The notes under the pieces are model-generated. The model was not told the DNA's origin and did not search any database. It saw nothing but the letters and a program-made list of their open reading frames with translations. From Phoronis australis (taxonomy: Eukaryota > Animalia > Phoronida), in assembly GCA_002633005.1 (NCBI GenBank), contig NMRA01000702.1, positions 109,949-173,948 of the forward strand: a DNA stretch of 64,000 nt, in the 5' to 3' direction. The position numbers and the translations under genes were made by a program. This document shows, piece by piece, positions 23,686 to 35,600 of the stretch; within the stretch, counting starts at the first letter, position 1, and each line of letters begins with the position of its first letter.

Positions 23686-26600
23686 CTACAATGCAAGAAG
23701 TCGGTGGCATTTCAAGCGACAAAAATAAAAAATTGATATAGATAAACATGTTTAACAAGCCCCCTGCAGACAGGTCCTTTTGTGTTGCCTCCTGTTGTCG
23801 TGGCATGCAAGACAACAACTAAAGATGATTCGGGGTGATAAAAGCATGCACTCTTTTGCTAGAAAATCAACAATTAAAAATACCACCAGACTTCACCAAT
23901 TCCCCCCCCACCCAAAAAACACAACAGAAGCAACAATGTGCTTATTGGCCAAATTGCACTCAATAATGATTGCGCAGAGGTCAAACTAAAATAAATAATT
24001 ATTTTAATAAATAAATGTTCTTTATTATCTTCTTTATATCCGCACTGGCCTAGCGGAGTAATAGATTGAAAATGTGTGCACTGTTTAAAAGTTGTGTCTA
24101 AAATAAGCCGTGGAGCAACAGCGTTTTGCAAAATCTTCAAGAGACTGCTCATGGCTAGAAACCCAAATATCTAGCAAGCCGTTTTATGAAAGTGGCTACC
24201 GTACTGGCTCGATTAAATTCCTGGATGCTTATTTGTCCCGGTGGCAATACATGAAGACCCAGCCTTTCACGAAACCCGACACCTTTTCTTCATTTGACTA
24301 AAGCACTGTAAAACTTTGTAACCGGTATTCCTATCGAAAATAGTCCCCCCAAAAGAATTGACAAATGGCGTATTTTCGGAAATTTTCCAAAAAAGTACGC
24401 CTATGGGCGTATTTTCGGTAACCTTTTGTGCGTTTTGAAATTCTAGTGGATAGTTCTGAAATGCTCATATATGATTTGGTGTATTGACAAGACTTTATAT
24501 TTTGGGATTGGGATTGATTTCACTCAAATGACTGTCGTTTAACGAGATTTTGGGTTACTTAATTGTTGGTAACAAAACGTTTTACACCGACAGTATGAAA
24601 GACACTTTTAACGACTTTTCGAAAATACGCCTCCCTCTTCCGAAAATAGGCCTGGAAGACTTTTTGAAAGGTCGTTTTCCGAACATCCGCACATGACAGG
24701 GGCGGATCCAGGATTTTGAGTTAGGCGGAGCCAGGGCACAGGAATAACCAGAATTTCGTCACATGCTCGCACCAAGCATAAAATGTAGGGATATAGGGGG
24801 TCTTGAAGTTTTGGGTTTGTGGACCTTATTACTAAAAAAGGAAAACGGGCTTTGTTCAAGGCTGTGCACTGCGTATTCCGCCCCCCCCCCACAAGAGCCA
24901 CCTAGGTGCGCGTATATACTAGCGCACCCCGAGCTGCCAATTGGAATCTGTGAGAATTTTAGGGGGNNNNNNNNNNNNNNNNNNNNNNNNNNNNNNNNNN
25001 NNNNNNNNNNNNNNNNNNNNNNNNNNNNNNNNNNNNNNNNNNNNNNNNNNNNNNNNNNNNNNNNNNNNNNNNNNNNNNNNNNNNNNNNNNNNNNNNNNNN
25101 NNNNNNNNNNNNNNNNNNNNNNNNNNNNNNNNNNNNNNNNNNNNNNNNNNNNNNNNNNNNNNNNNNNNNNNNNNNNNNNNNNNNNNNNNNNNNNNNNNNN
25201 NNNNNNNNNNNNNNNNNNNNNNNNNNNNNNNNNNNNNNNNNNNNNNNNNNNNNNNNNNNNNNNNNNNNNNNNNNNNNNNNNNNNNNNNNNNNNNNNNNNN
25301 NNNNNNNNNNNNNNNNNNNNNNNNNNNNNNNNNNNNNNNNNNNNNNNNNNNNNNNNNNNNNNNNNNNNNNNNNNNNNNNNNNNNNNNNNNNNNNNNNNNN
25401 NNNNNNNNNNNNNNNNNNNNNNNNNNNNNNNNNNNNNNNNNNNNNNNNNNNNNNNNNNNNNNNNNNNNNNNNNNNNNNNNNNNNNNNNNNNNNNNNNNNN
25501 NNNNNNNNNNNNNNNNNNNNNNNNNNNCACAAGTCAAGGCTTCGCAGCACTGGCTGGAGCATAAACAGACATTACGTCGGACGTTTTGTTTGAGTAGGCT
25601 TGTGAACATACGGTCGGGATTAATAAAGGATTAACTCGAACCAGTCTTCAGTCAATCATCGCACCGAAAGCTATTAGCACCGGTCTGTAACAACCTGCGC
25701 CCACCCACACACGGGGAAAAACGTGACACGCTTATTCAACTCCCGGCGCTTTTAAAATCGTGCCAATACGGTACTATCTACATAATATTTTTAAGTCGAT
25801 TTAATTTTGTTTATATTTTGAAGTACAAAGTGAACTTTTTCAATTTTGTAGCTTGTACAATTTGTCTTAACTGCACTTGACCGTTAGCCTTACCAAACGC
25901 ACACCAGGTGGGCAAAGATGGAGTATTCAGAATACAGTTATTTTCTACAATGAGAACAGCATTTCCAGATTTTAAATGTGTGTCAAAAGTGAGCAGATAG
26001 AACGTAGTCAAAGCCTTGTTGTTACCTTATGCAAACAGCCAGGAAGGGCTCTGTTGGCGTAGTCACTGTACCACAGGTTGTGCAAGATGCTCGACACAAA
26101 CATGGCCACACCGACCAGTATTATGTTAGTTTCGCACAGTTTAGCTGAAAACAAAAGCATGACACATGTTGCAAATCGGAAGAAATAACATATACAGGTG
26201 GAGACAGTGACTGTAGCTCCGTGATTTGAACTCGGGACTCCCGTTTGGGAGACCCTGGTTCATAACCTGGCTTTACCGGAAGATAATCGAGCTTTGCACA
26301 AAGATGTCTTCTACTCCTCTGAGCTCGGTCTTACTAGTGAATGTGAGCAGGGGAGAGAATGAGAACTTGGATATAATGCGAAAGCGACTTCTGGGGCTGT
26401 GGTTAAATATTATATATTAGGCGGATCTGGGCGCCCTCTTGTGCTGCCACTGCTGAACTAAGTGTGTCGTGTTCAGGACTCGGGCCTTCTTTTTGTTTTT
26501 GTTTTTGTACTGAGCAAGAACAGGCCAACATGACTATACATGCAAACCTTACGTTGCCTACTACTAATCCCACCACGCCCTGCCTCCAATAACTTGAAGT

Positions 26601-29600
26601 TTCCCCGAGTCGTGAAACCTTGATGGTCACCAAGGGATGGACACAGGAGCGGCAGTAAGTGGAGTTAAGCGAACTTCTCTGTGCAATAATTTTGTTTCGC
26701 TACAATCCTGTATACGTTTATACCAAAAATACGCTGTCGATCTGTTATTTTGTTAATGCCAAGGACCACAGAAATAGTATTCATTAAGGCTGAAACATAT
26801 TTCTAACCAGCAACTTTTGTTCCTGTAAATATAACGCCGGAACGTTGGATCTCTCCTTTTAACAAACGAATATATCTCTCTTACCTATAGCCGTCCCTGG
26901 AGACCGTAACAGAATGAACGTGAGGCACACCATCGCAGTGCAAGCTATAAAATGCAAAGAGCAATTGAAAATTATACTAGTAGACGGGTGCATTTTGCTT
27001 GAGCTGAAACATCTTAGAGCGCTTAAAACGTCGTTTATTCTAAACAACGGCGTTTAAAATCTTAGTTTGTTATAACAGAACGTCAATAAATGCTGTTCTG
27101 AACCACCTGCCAACAATACTATTTTTATATATAGACCTAATGGCGTTTCAACTAATTCCTTACGCGGGTTAGAAGTGATATTCGGGACTGGACAGGAAGA
27201 AGTGGCTCGTTATTGCTTAAGGAGCATAAAATAACGCGATTGTCAAATCGACTTATTAAGCCTTGTCTCGAGCAGTGATGAAATGACATTAATGAACTGA
27301 CATTAATTCGTAGGCAATTTTTACCAAGCAGTGAAAAATGCGTTCTAACTTCAGTAAGTAATTTGGGATCAACATTATGACTTGTAGTTGTTTAAATCAA
27401 CGAGTTGGTTTTTGACAGACGATGGTTTTAAGGCAGCTTTAGGGACAGCGAAATCACGACTTTTCGTAATATCAAAACTTGTCAGCAAATACAAGCGGTA
27501 ATAATTTTCATGTTTCGCCACGATTCACATTTAAAAGTAGACATTTAAAATGATTCTAAACCACGATTTGATGATTTTACCCATAACTACTTCCGTCTCT
27601 TGCTTTTGTATAAATGACGCTTTCCTGGCATGACGAAAGCTAAACCTTTCACTGTGTCACAGAATGCATTTGGTGGTTGGAGACGCGTGGCAAAAGATTC
27701 TGTGAGTTGTCGAAGTTGACTCAAACTTTTGAGGATTGGTGACGGTCATCATTTTGTTTCAAAGACTTAGTAAGTGTTAAGTAGGCTTTAATATCTATTA
27801 AAGGTCAAAAATACATATTTTGGACCCTATTATGAGTTCTCTCATGATATAGTTCGAGGTCATGTTACCCTGTTTTCATTATACCTATTAATATTTTCCC
27901 TCTCGACTCAAACGGAAGCAGGAATATCAGTGGTATGAACAGAATTGCTCCGATGTTGAACAAACGAATTTCGGACACGAATAACAAGTCCTCCGACAAT
28001 TTTTCGTAAGGCTCGGATTCGGCGAATGATGGACTGTACGTTTGACGCTGAATCTTCAACGTAAACATCATGTACTCATACGGTTCAAGACAACATGGGT
28101 AAAAATTTGTAGTCAAGACGCTGGTCACGTTGGAAATGGCCCATTCGTACTTGGACTTGTGTAGATATGACCTCAGTGACGCGCTCGCGTCAGTGGAGTT
28201 GCTGAGCGACACCTGGAAGAAGATTAGTTGAATGGCTCACTTCAGCTTCTCGCACAAATAAGCAATGGTATATACCATCACCACACAGCCATTAAAGAGA
28301 AAATCTAACGTTTTTTGGTGTTTGCCTAACTAAAACTTTGAATACCGGAGCTATGTCAATACCGAAGTATCGCAGAGACATGTTTAAGATTTACACCTAT
28401 CTCTTGAAATACACAACTTTGAGTTACCAGTGCTTTGTTTCCGCATGAGGCAACACATACGCTAACATTTGGGGCTTTGTTACCCAAATGTCTAAGTGAA
28501 CTTAGCCAAATAGCGACTACTCCGTCCTAATCGATGCACAAATTCATGCGGCTGCTGGAGAAATCTTATTATCTAATTTCTCTTACAATGCCTCGATTTT
28601 AAAACTTCAAAGACGGCTAACATTTACTTTTTAATTTTAAAAACAGTCAAGTTGGTCGTTAGCCTAACGTATTGTTCGGTTGTTTGACTTAAGGAAACTA
28701 GTACGCTAAACAGGCGCGTTGGTTCACGACCGGAATTATCTCGATCAAGAGAGTCGGCCAAGCCCATGAATAGCGATTACCGGTAGTTTACTTCAATCTG
28801 TGGCGGTGTCATCAAGCCTTTGATGAGGAGCTATGACAGAATCTTACATGGATGTCAACAAACTAGCTAGGTGTACACCTTACTTGGATGACAACCAGCA
28901 AGAACACGCCACCTTGTGCTTGGTTGACATCCAACATCCAACACCTGCCCCACCTGGTGGTCAATTATGAAGCTATACACATGGTTGGTTAGTTGATTAA
29001 CATCAAACATCCAATAGCTGCTGCACCTGGTGGTCAAACGTCACAGGCTGATACAGCTAAGGTGAAGTTAGAGTTGCTTGACATCTAACATCCAATAGGT
29101 GCCCCACCTGGTGGTCAAAATATGAAGCTATACAAAGGGACAGATAGTTTGTTAGTTGGTTGACATCCAATACCTGCTCCACCTGGTGGTCAAACGATCA
29201 CTGGCAGATACAGGTAAGATGTAGTTAGTTGGTTGACATCTAAAATCCAATAGCCGCCCCACCAGGTGGTCCAATCACGAAGCTATACAAAGGGACAGAT
29301 AGTTGGTTAGTTGGTTGACATCCAACATCCAATAGCTGCCCCACCTGGTGGTCAAATCATGAAGATATACAAAGGGACAGATAGTTGCTTAGTTTGTTGA
29401 AATTCAGCAAATTGTAATTTAATGGCTAAGAGAACAATATATTTTTAAAGGAAAAGAAATTTATTTGAAAAGTAAAACATGTTCAAAAATAAAATGTTAA
29501 AAAACAATTTTGAAAATATTTTGTTTTTAAAATGGAAGTATTGAAAATAACAGGTGTTCGTGAAAATATCAGATATAAAACAATTAAAAAATATGAAAGT

Positions 29601-32600
29601 GAAACAGTTTTAAAACCAATATAAAATCACTATCAAATACAAAATATTTTGCTTTTTGTCTCCATTTCCAGATGATTTTAAAATGAGAAGCTGCCCTTGG
29701 CTGCTACAGTTGATGAGTTCATGTGGAGAATTTCTTGCTTACACTGGTCACTGCTCATATTCCCTCAGCCCCAGACAACTTTTACGATGCCTATTCAGCT
29801 CGCCCTTTGTATTGATGAAGATCTGAGTTAATGAAGTGGAAAGGTAATAGCTAGCACTGCCCTTTCAACGATGATACTTGTTATTTTACCCAAGTTAGTT
29901 TCCTCTGGCACTAGTGGAGTTGCAGCTGCGGACATTGTTTAATGATTGCAACTGTGGAGAGTAGTTTTAACTTGTTATATTAAATATCAAAAACGACTAA
30001 AATTTAATTCGTTTTTAACTTGACCATGGGCCACGTCCTAATAGAACGATGGTTTTAAATATGTTTCAAACAAGTTCTTTTTATTTCATTTTTAATGCCC
30101 CTGTCTACTTCTTTCTCTCATCGGGAAATGGTTAGTTGATATCTTTTTATTTTATTCTTAAACTTGAAGTACCAAAACAGTGGTAGATTTTGATCGCCAG
30201 CGAAACTTAATTAGTTCAGTTAATTGTGAACCCATCCCTGGACTTCCCAGATATTAGGCAGCTACACTAGACATTTCACAGCAAACAAAACTACAATTCT
30301 AGCTTTTTGTCAAGTCATATGAAATGAGAGGGCACAATTTAAATACAAATGTGTCCTAGTTAAAAATCTTTTTAAACGAGATTGAAAGAATATTAAAAGA
30401 ATAATCCATCTGATATTGTCAACTTTGTAAATCCACAGAATATATCAATACCCAAGGTCGTTTAGCTTCAATCATACCCAATGTTTGTAGTTTTTAGCTT
30501 ATTAGTTCATCGGTTTTTAAAAATCGAAATTCTTAATTGGTTATTTTTTTCCAGATGACTACCGCCATGGTGTTTGTCTTTAATGAAAGTTATTTGTTAA
30601 TGCATTTTGGAAACTTGCCATTATGTACAGGCAGAGATATTTACTACAGTTTAGGGTTTGGGTGTGGGACAATGAGGTCATCACAACTATTTCTAGGAAT
30701 AGTTTTACAATTTGACCAAAAGGTGTCGACAGTAGTAACGGTACACCTAACTAGTTGGTTGACATCTATGTAAGATTCTGACATGCATGGAGCTGGTGAT
30801 GAGCCGAGGAATTCGCTGGCATTCACGTAACTTGATTACTGATTTAGTTGATAATGGCCAGGCGAGCAACAATTTAAATCAAAATAGGTATTTTACTTAA
30901 AACAATTTAAAAATCAAAAACGTTAGTTTTCTCGTTTAAGTTATGAAAACTTATGACCTGGTCAGAAACTGATCGGAGTCCTGACTTGTGGGCAACAACA
31001 CAGTTGAAATGTCTTACCAAGTTTTCTAAACACTAGCTTTTTCAGAAGAATCAACGTCCACTTTGGAGAAGACAGGGTGGTACATATCAAACAAGAAACA
31101 GGAAATATTCTGTTATTTCATATACTGTGTTCTCATGATTGAGTCCCAATGTTTTCTAATACTTCGTGTGCCACAATTAATATTATGACCAGTTTGTAAA
31201 ACCGATCTGATCTTAAAAGTTTGCATCACTTAATAGGAGATTTTGTTCTTACCAAATGGCCGTTGTAAGTCCACGATCCAAGTTGCAGCTGGCACTCTTG
31301 CTCTGACAAAGCAGTTCCCATGGGCGACAGTTGTATTGCACAGTGAGTCTTCAACGTAACTCTTGGTACATAAAACACCGTGCCGTCATAGCGAACAAGC
31401 GCCAGAGTACGAGGATCGTGGTTGTCAACGTGATCCACGCTATCGATCAGACAAAAAGCACTCTTTGGTTCGGATTTCCAAATAAAAATAGTACCTTCCG
31501 ACCCACATACATAATTGTTAATGAACACAATGTTTAATCAAGTAATAATAGCTATGAGCTGAAGACAGCACCATGACACCGCCTTCTCCTAGCTACAATC
31601 AACTACGAACTTTGAGAGGTAGTATTTAATTTCATTAGACCTTGACGAAATTAAACACAGCTACTACTTGCATGCGAATTCACATTAATGTTTGGTTTCT
31701 TCGTACAATGCATTATACAACGGGCATTCTATCAAAAGTTGTCGTTCATCCTCAATTCTATTTCCCTTGGGAAAAATGTTTTGTACAAGAGTTATCAGCT
31801 GATGATTAGAAATCTGAATATGTTTGAATCAAGACATGATATTTAAATCAAATTCATTTCGTAGAAAGTATAGTCACGTCAACAAGTTCTACTGGCACGA
31901 ATGAGTGGTGGCTACGCCTTCGGTGGAGATGGCCATCTGGGTAGAGACGTTTATTACGTGAAACTTACCTGTTGTAAAGTTTTATGTCTGGTAGCCACAA
32001 TCTGTCAGCTGATATTCTAAACTCCTGGATACCACCAAATTGGTCTGGGTTCCATTTCAGTGATATATCTCTCCAACTCTGCAATATGAGTTACTTCACT
32101 GTTGATGAAGGTAAAGTACGGTACACAAAATTTCAAATTATTACTCTGCACGTGTAAGCGTAGAGTACTGTTGTTCCTGGGTTTTCTTCAATTTTATTCT
32201 TATTACTCTGCGCGTGTAAGCGCAGAGTACTGTTGTTCCTGGGTTTTCTTCAATTTTATTCTTATTTGTATTCTTATTCTTCTTATTCTTATTCTTCTTA
32301 TTCTTCTTCCGACCAAATTTGAGGATTAATAACTCCAAATTGGGTGCAGGTACGGTCTTTAAATTCAGCATATGACTTTTGACAGAATATAAATTTTGAT
32401 TGGTTATATAATCATATTCCATATTGAGCCGGAAGAGGTCGTTTGGTGCAAAGGTCATATAATTTTCAAAATGCTACTCCTCCTTCAGTTTTAAAGCTAT
32501 CTTTTTCAAATTCGGTGCACAGGTATAAGTCAAACATGACAATTTAAAAAAATACTTTTCTAAGTAATCGGGTCATCCAATCAGGTGAAATAGGTCAAAG

Positions 32601-35600
32601 GTCATTAGGTGCAAACTAAAATTTTGAGCTAGACACTTTAAATTGACAGGTCTGATTGCCACAGGTAAATCAAATCGGAATCCAAAGTTTCAGGTCATTT
32701 AGTGCAAACATGGGGTCATTAGGTGCATTTTTCTTCTGAAAATTTTGACCTTTTTAATCAGCAAGTATTCTGATGTGTCAACAGATAGACAACTGTGATT
32801 CTCAGCGTTAAACATATTTTCCATGGGCTTTGCAATAATTCTCCTAAAGATGCTTAAAATGCACCGGATAAGGTCAATTAGTGCAAAAGTCATGTAACGT
32901 TCAAAATGTTATATCTCTTACGTTTTTCAAGGAATTCTTTTCAATTTCAGCACACTGGTGTAAGTCAACATGCCAATTNTCATTCAGTGCAAACATGGGG
33001 CCATTAGGTGCATATTTCTTCTGAAAATTTGACCTTTTCAATCAGCAAGTATTCTGATGTGTCAATCGTTAGACAACTGTGATTCTCAGCATGAAACATA
33101 TTTTTCATGGGCTTTGCAATGATTCTCCTAAAAACGCTTATAATGCACCGGACAGGGTCAATTAGTGCAAAGGTCATGTAACGTTCAAAATGTTATATCT
33201 CTTAGGTTTTCAAGGAATTCTTTTCAATTTCAGCACACTGATGTAAGTCAACACGCCAATTGAATACCCTACTTTTCTTTGCAATAGGCCTAACCAATCA
33301 AAAAATAGGTCAAAGGTCATTGAGTGCAAACTAAAATTTTGAGCTAGAGTCTTCAAAATTACATATCTGTTTACTAAGTGCGATTGAGTTTAAATTCTAA
33401 ATTTTCGGGTAATTTGGTGCACGCATTGGGGTCATTAGGTGCATTTTTCTTCTGAAAGTTTGACCAATTCATTCATCTTGTATTCTGAAGTGCTTAAAGC
33501 ACAACATCTGTGATTTTTAGCATTAACTACATTTTTAATCGAGTTAACATTTACTCCCTCATCGGCGCTCATAATGCACTGGAAGAGGTCAATTAGTGGA
33601 AAGGTCATCAAAAAATTAATGTGTAATTTCTCCTACAGTTTTAAAGAATTCTTTTTCATATTGGTAAATGGGTTGCTGTCAGTATAAACTTTCCATAATA
33701 ATTTCAGTAATACGCACGCGCAGAGTCCGTTGTTGTCACGCCGTGACAATAACCTTTCTAGTTACCAATGATATTACTTTATTTATGGCTACAACACTTT
33801 CTGATATTGGATACCTTCAAGAAGATTTCTTCTACACTGTTATAGGTCAAAGTTACACGATGAGAGATTTTTGCACAAACTTACGTTACATTTATCATAA
33901 TTCCATTAAAAGTCCTGCTAACAACGTTTGAAAACCGATAATTCAATCACCAATACACCAACACCCTGAAGAATAACAGGACTAATGCACACAAGTAAAC
34001 CTGAGTACTTATAAACAATGGGAAGGGCGCAACTAGATATTTTCGCACCAACCATTTGTCTACTCTAACTTTGTAGAACTCACGTCCGTATTTCCGTTTC
34101 TGAAAACTTGTTGTTGAATAAAATTTAAACAGGTATTTTACCATTGGTGATTTTGATACAAGGACTGATATTAGTGATATTGATACAAGGACAGATATTG
34201 GTGATATTGATACAAGGACAGATATTGGTGATATTGATACAAGGACAGATATTAGGAGTAGCATTATTTTTGGAGTGCAACACTATCAATAATAGAAATA
34301 GAAATAACATTAATAACCGAAATAACAAAGTATATTCAAACTTCGCTTGGGTGTCTTGCTATTTAGATGATGAGGTAAAGTGCGATATTTAAGTGCTCAA
34401 GTGATTGCACTCTATATTATAACATATTTGCGAAGCTGTCTACATTGATTACCCGTTAAAGTATGCTCAAAATTATTACCTTAACACCGTTTTACGTGAA
34501 AGAGGCTTAAATTTCAAGAAACATGCAACAACTAAGAAATCCTAACGTTTGGTAAACAAAAACAAAATTCATCACCGTTCGAGGAATTGTCGTTAATGAT
34601 GAATAAGCATAAATTTTTAGGCGGTCTCGCAGAACGAGATTTCTTCCCACGCCTCCAGCAATGTTATCAGATTACCGGAAGGTCATAGGTCATTTCTAAA
34701 TACAACACATGTTACACCCTCCGTGTGACATACAGCATCATACTAACCATTCTCAGCCACGCGTGACACTCCAGTGTTTCACTCTTTAAGTCCTGCAACA
34801 TAAAAGATTGGAACGCTGACATACATACGTATAAGTACTGCACTAAATCTACTGTTTTTGAGGTTCCAATGTTTCCTTAAATCAAAGGTTGTACACCCAG
34901 TCGCAGATAAGTCGGTCTTACCGATTTAAGAAGTACGTTTTGTGTAAAAAGGTCACTAACGAGGAATTTACGATAGATGCACAAATCGCCCTCTTTCCGT
35001 CCAACGACCATGTTAGCGACTACCAGGCGTTTAAGATACGCGTCATTCCCCTCTTAGCATAGAAATACATTTGTGACACGACAAGTAGGACTAAGTAAAA
35101 ATTATGAACTGTTTAGCTGTTGAATGAACACTTTTGTCTCATAAGATAATGCCATACATGTAGTGCATACGGGACGTGCCACTCAGCTACACATAACCGT
35201 ATTAAGCGGGTTTCAGGAACAATTACTCACCAAGATTCGGGCAAATTATGGAAAATTCGGCCAAAACAAAAACTCTTAATGAATAGTGCAGCATCCGTTG
35301 GAAAACATGGGAAAACATCACAGAAGCCACATCGACAGAGAAATATATAGGGCAGAATCAAAAAGCATTTAAGAATACCAACTTCTCACGCGGGGAAGTA
35401 GATAAAATTTCCAATTGCCGAATAAAATCACAAAATTTATGGCAGCGTACCATCAAGACAAGCAAGAATGTGAGAATGCATCAAACTCTGACCGCCTATT
35501 TACACAAATTCAACATTCATTATTGGAGTACATGGGCGCACCCAGGAGGGGGGCTCCGGGGCTCGAACGAGCTCCCCAATTTGGCGAATTGGGCAAAAAG

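Noticed and set aside
24759-25609. Long ORFs of 200-270 aa (also 18640-19068 and 40553-41095)
   Set aside because: Consist mostly of N-gap codons
26200-26660. Possible tRNA or tRNA-derived SINE in gene B intron 7
   Set aside because: Only a vague B-box-like GGTTCATAACC; no cloverleaf or second copy to support it
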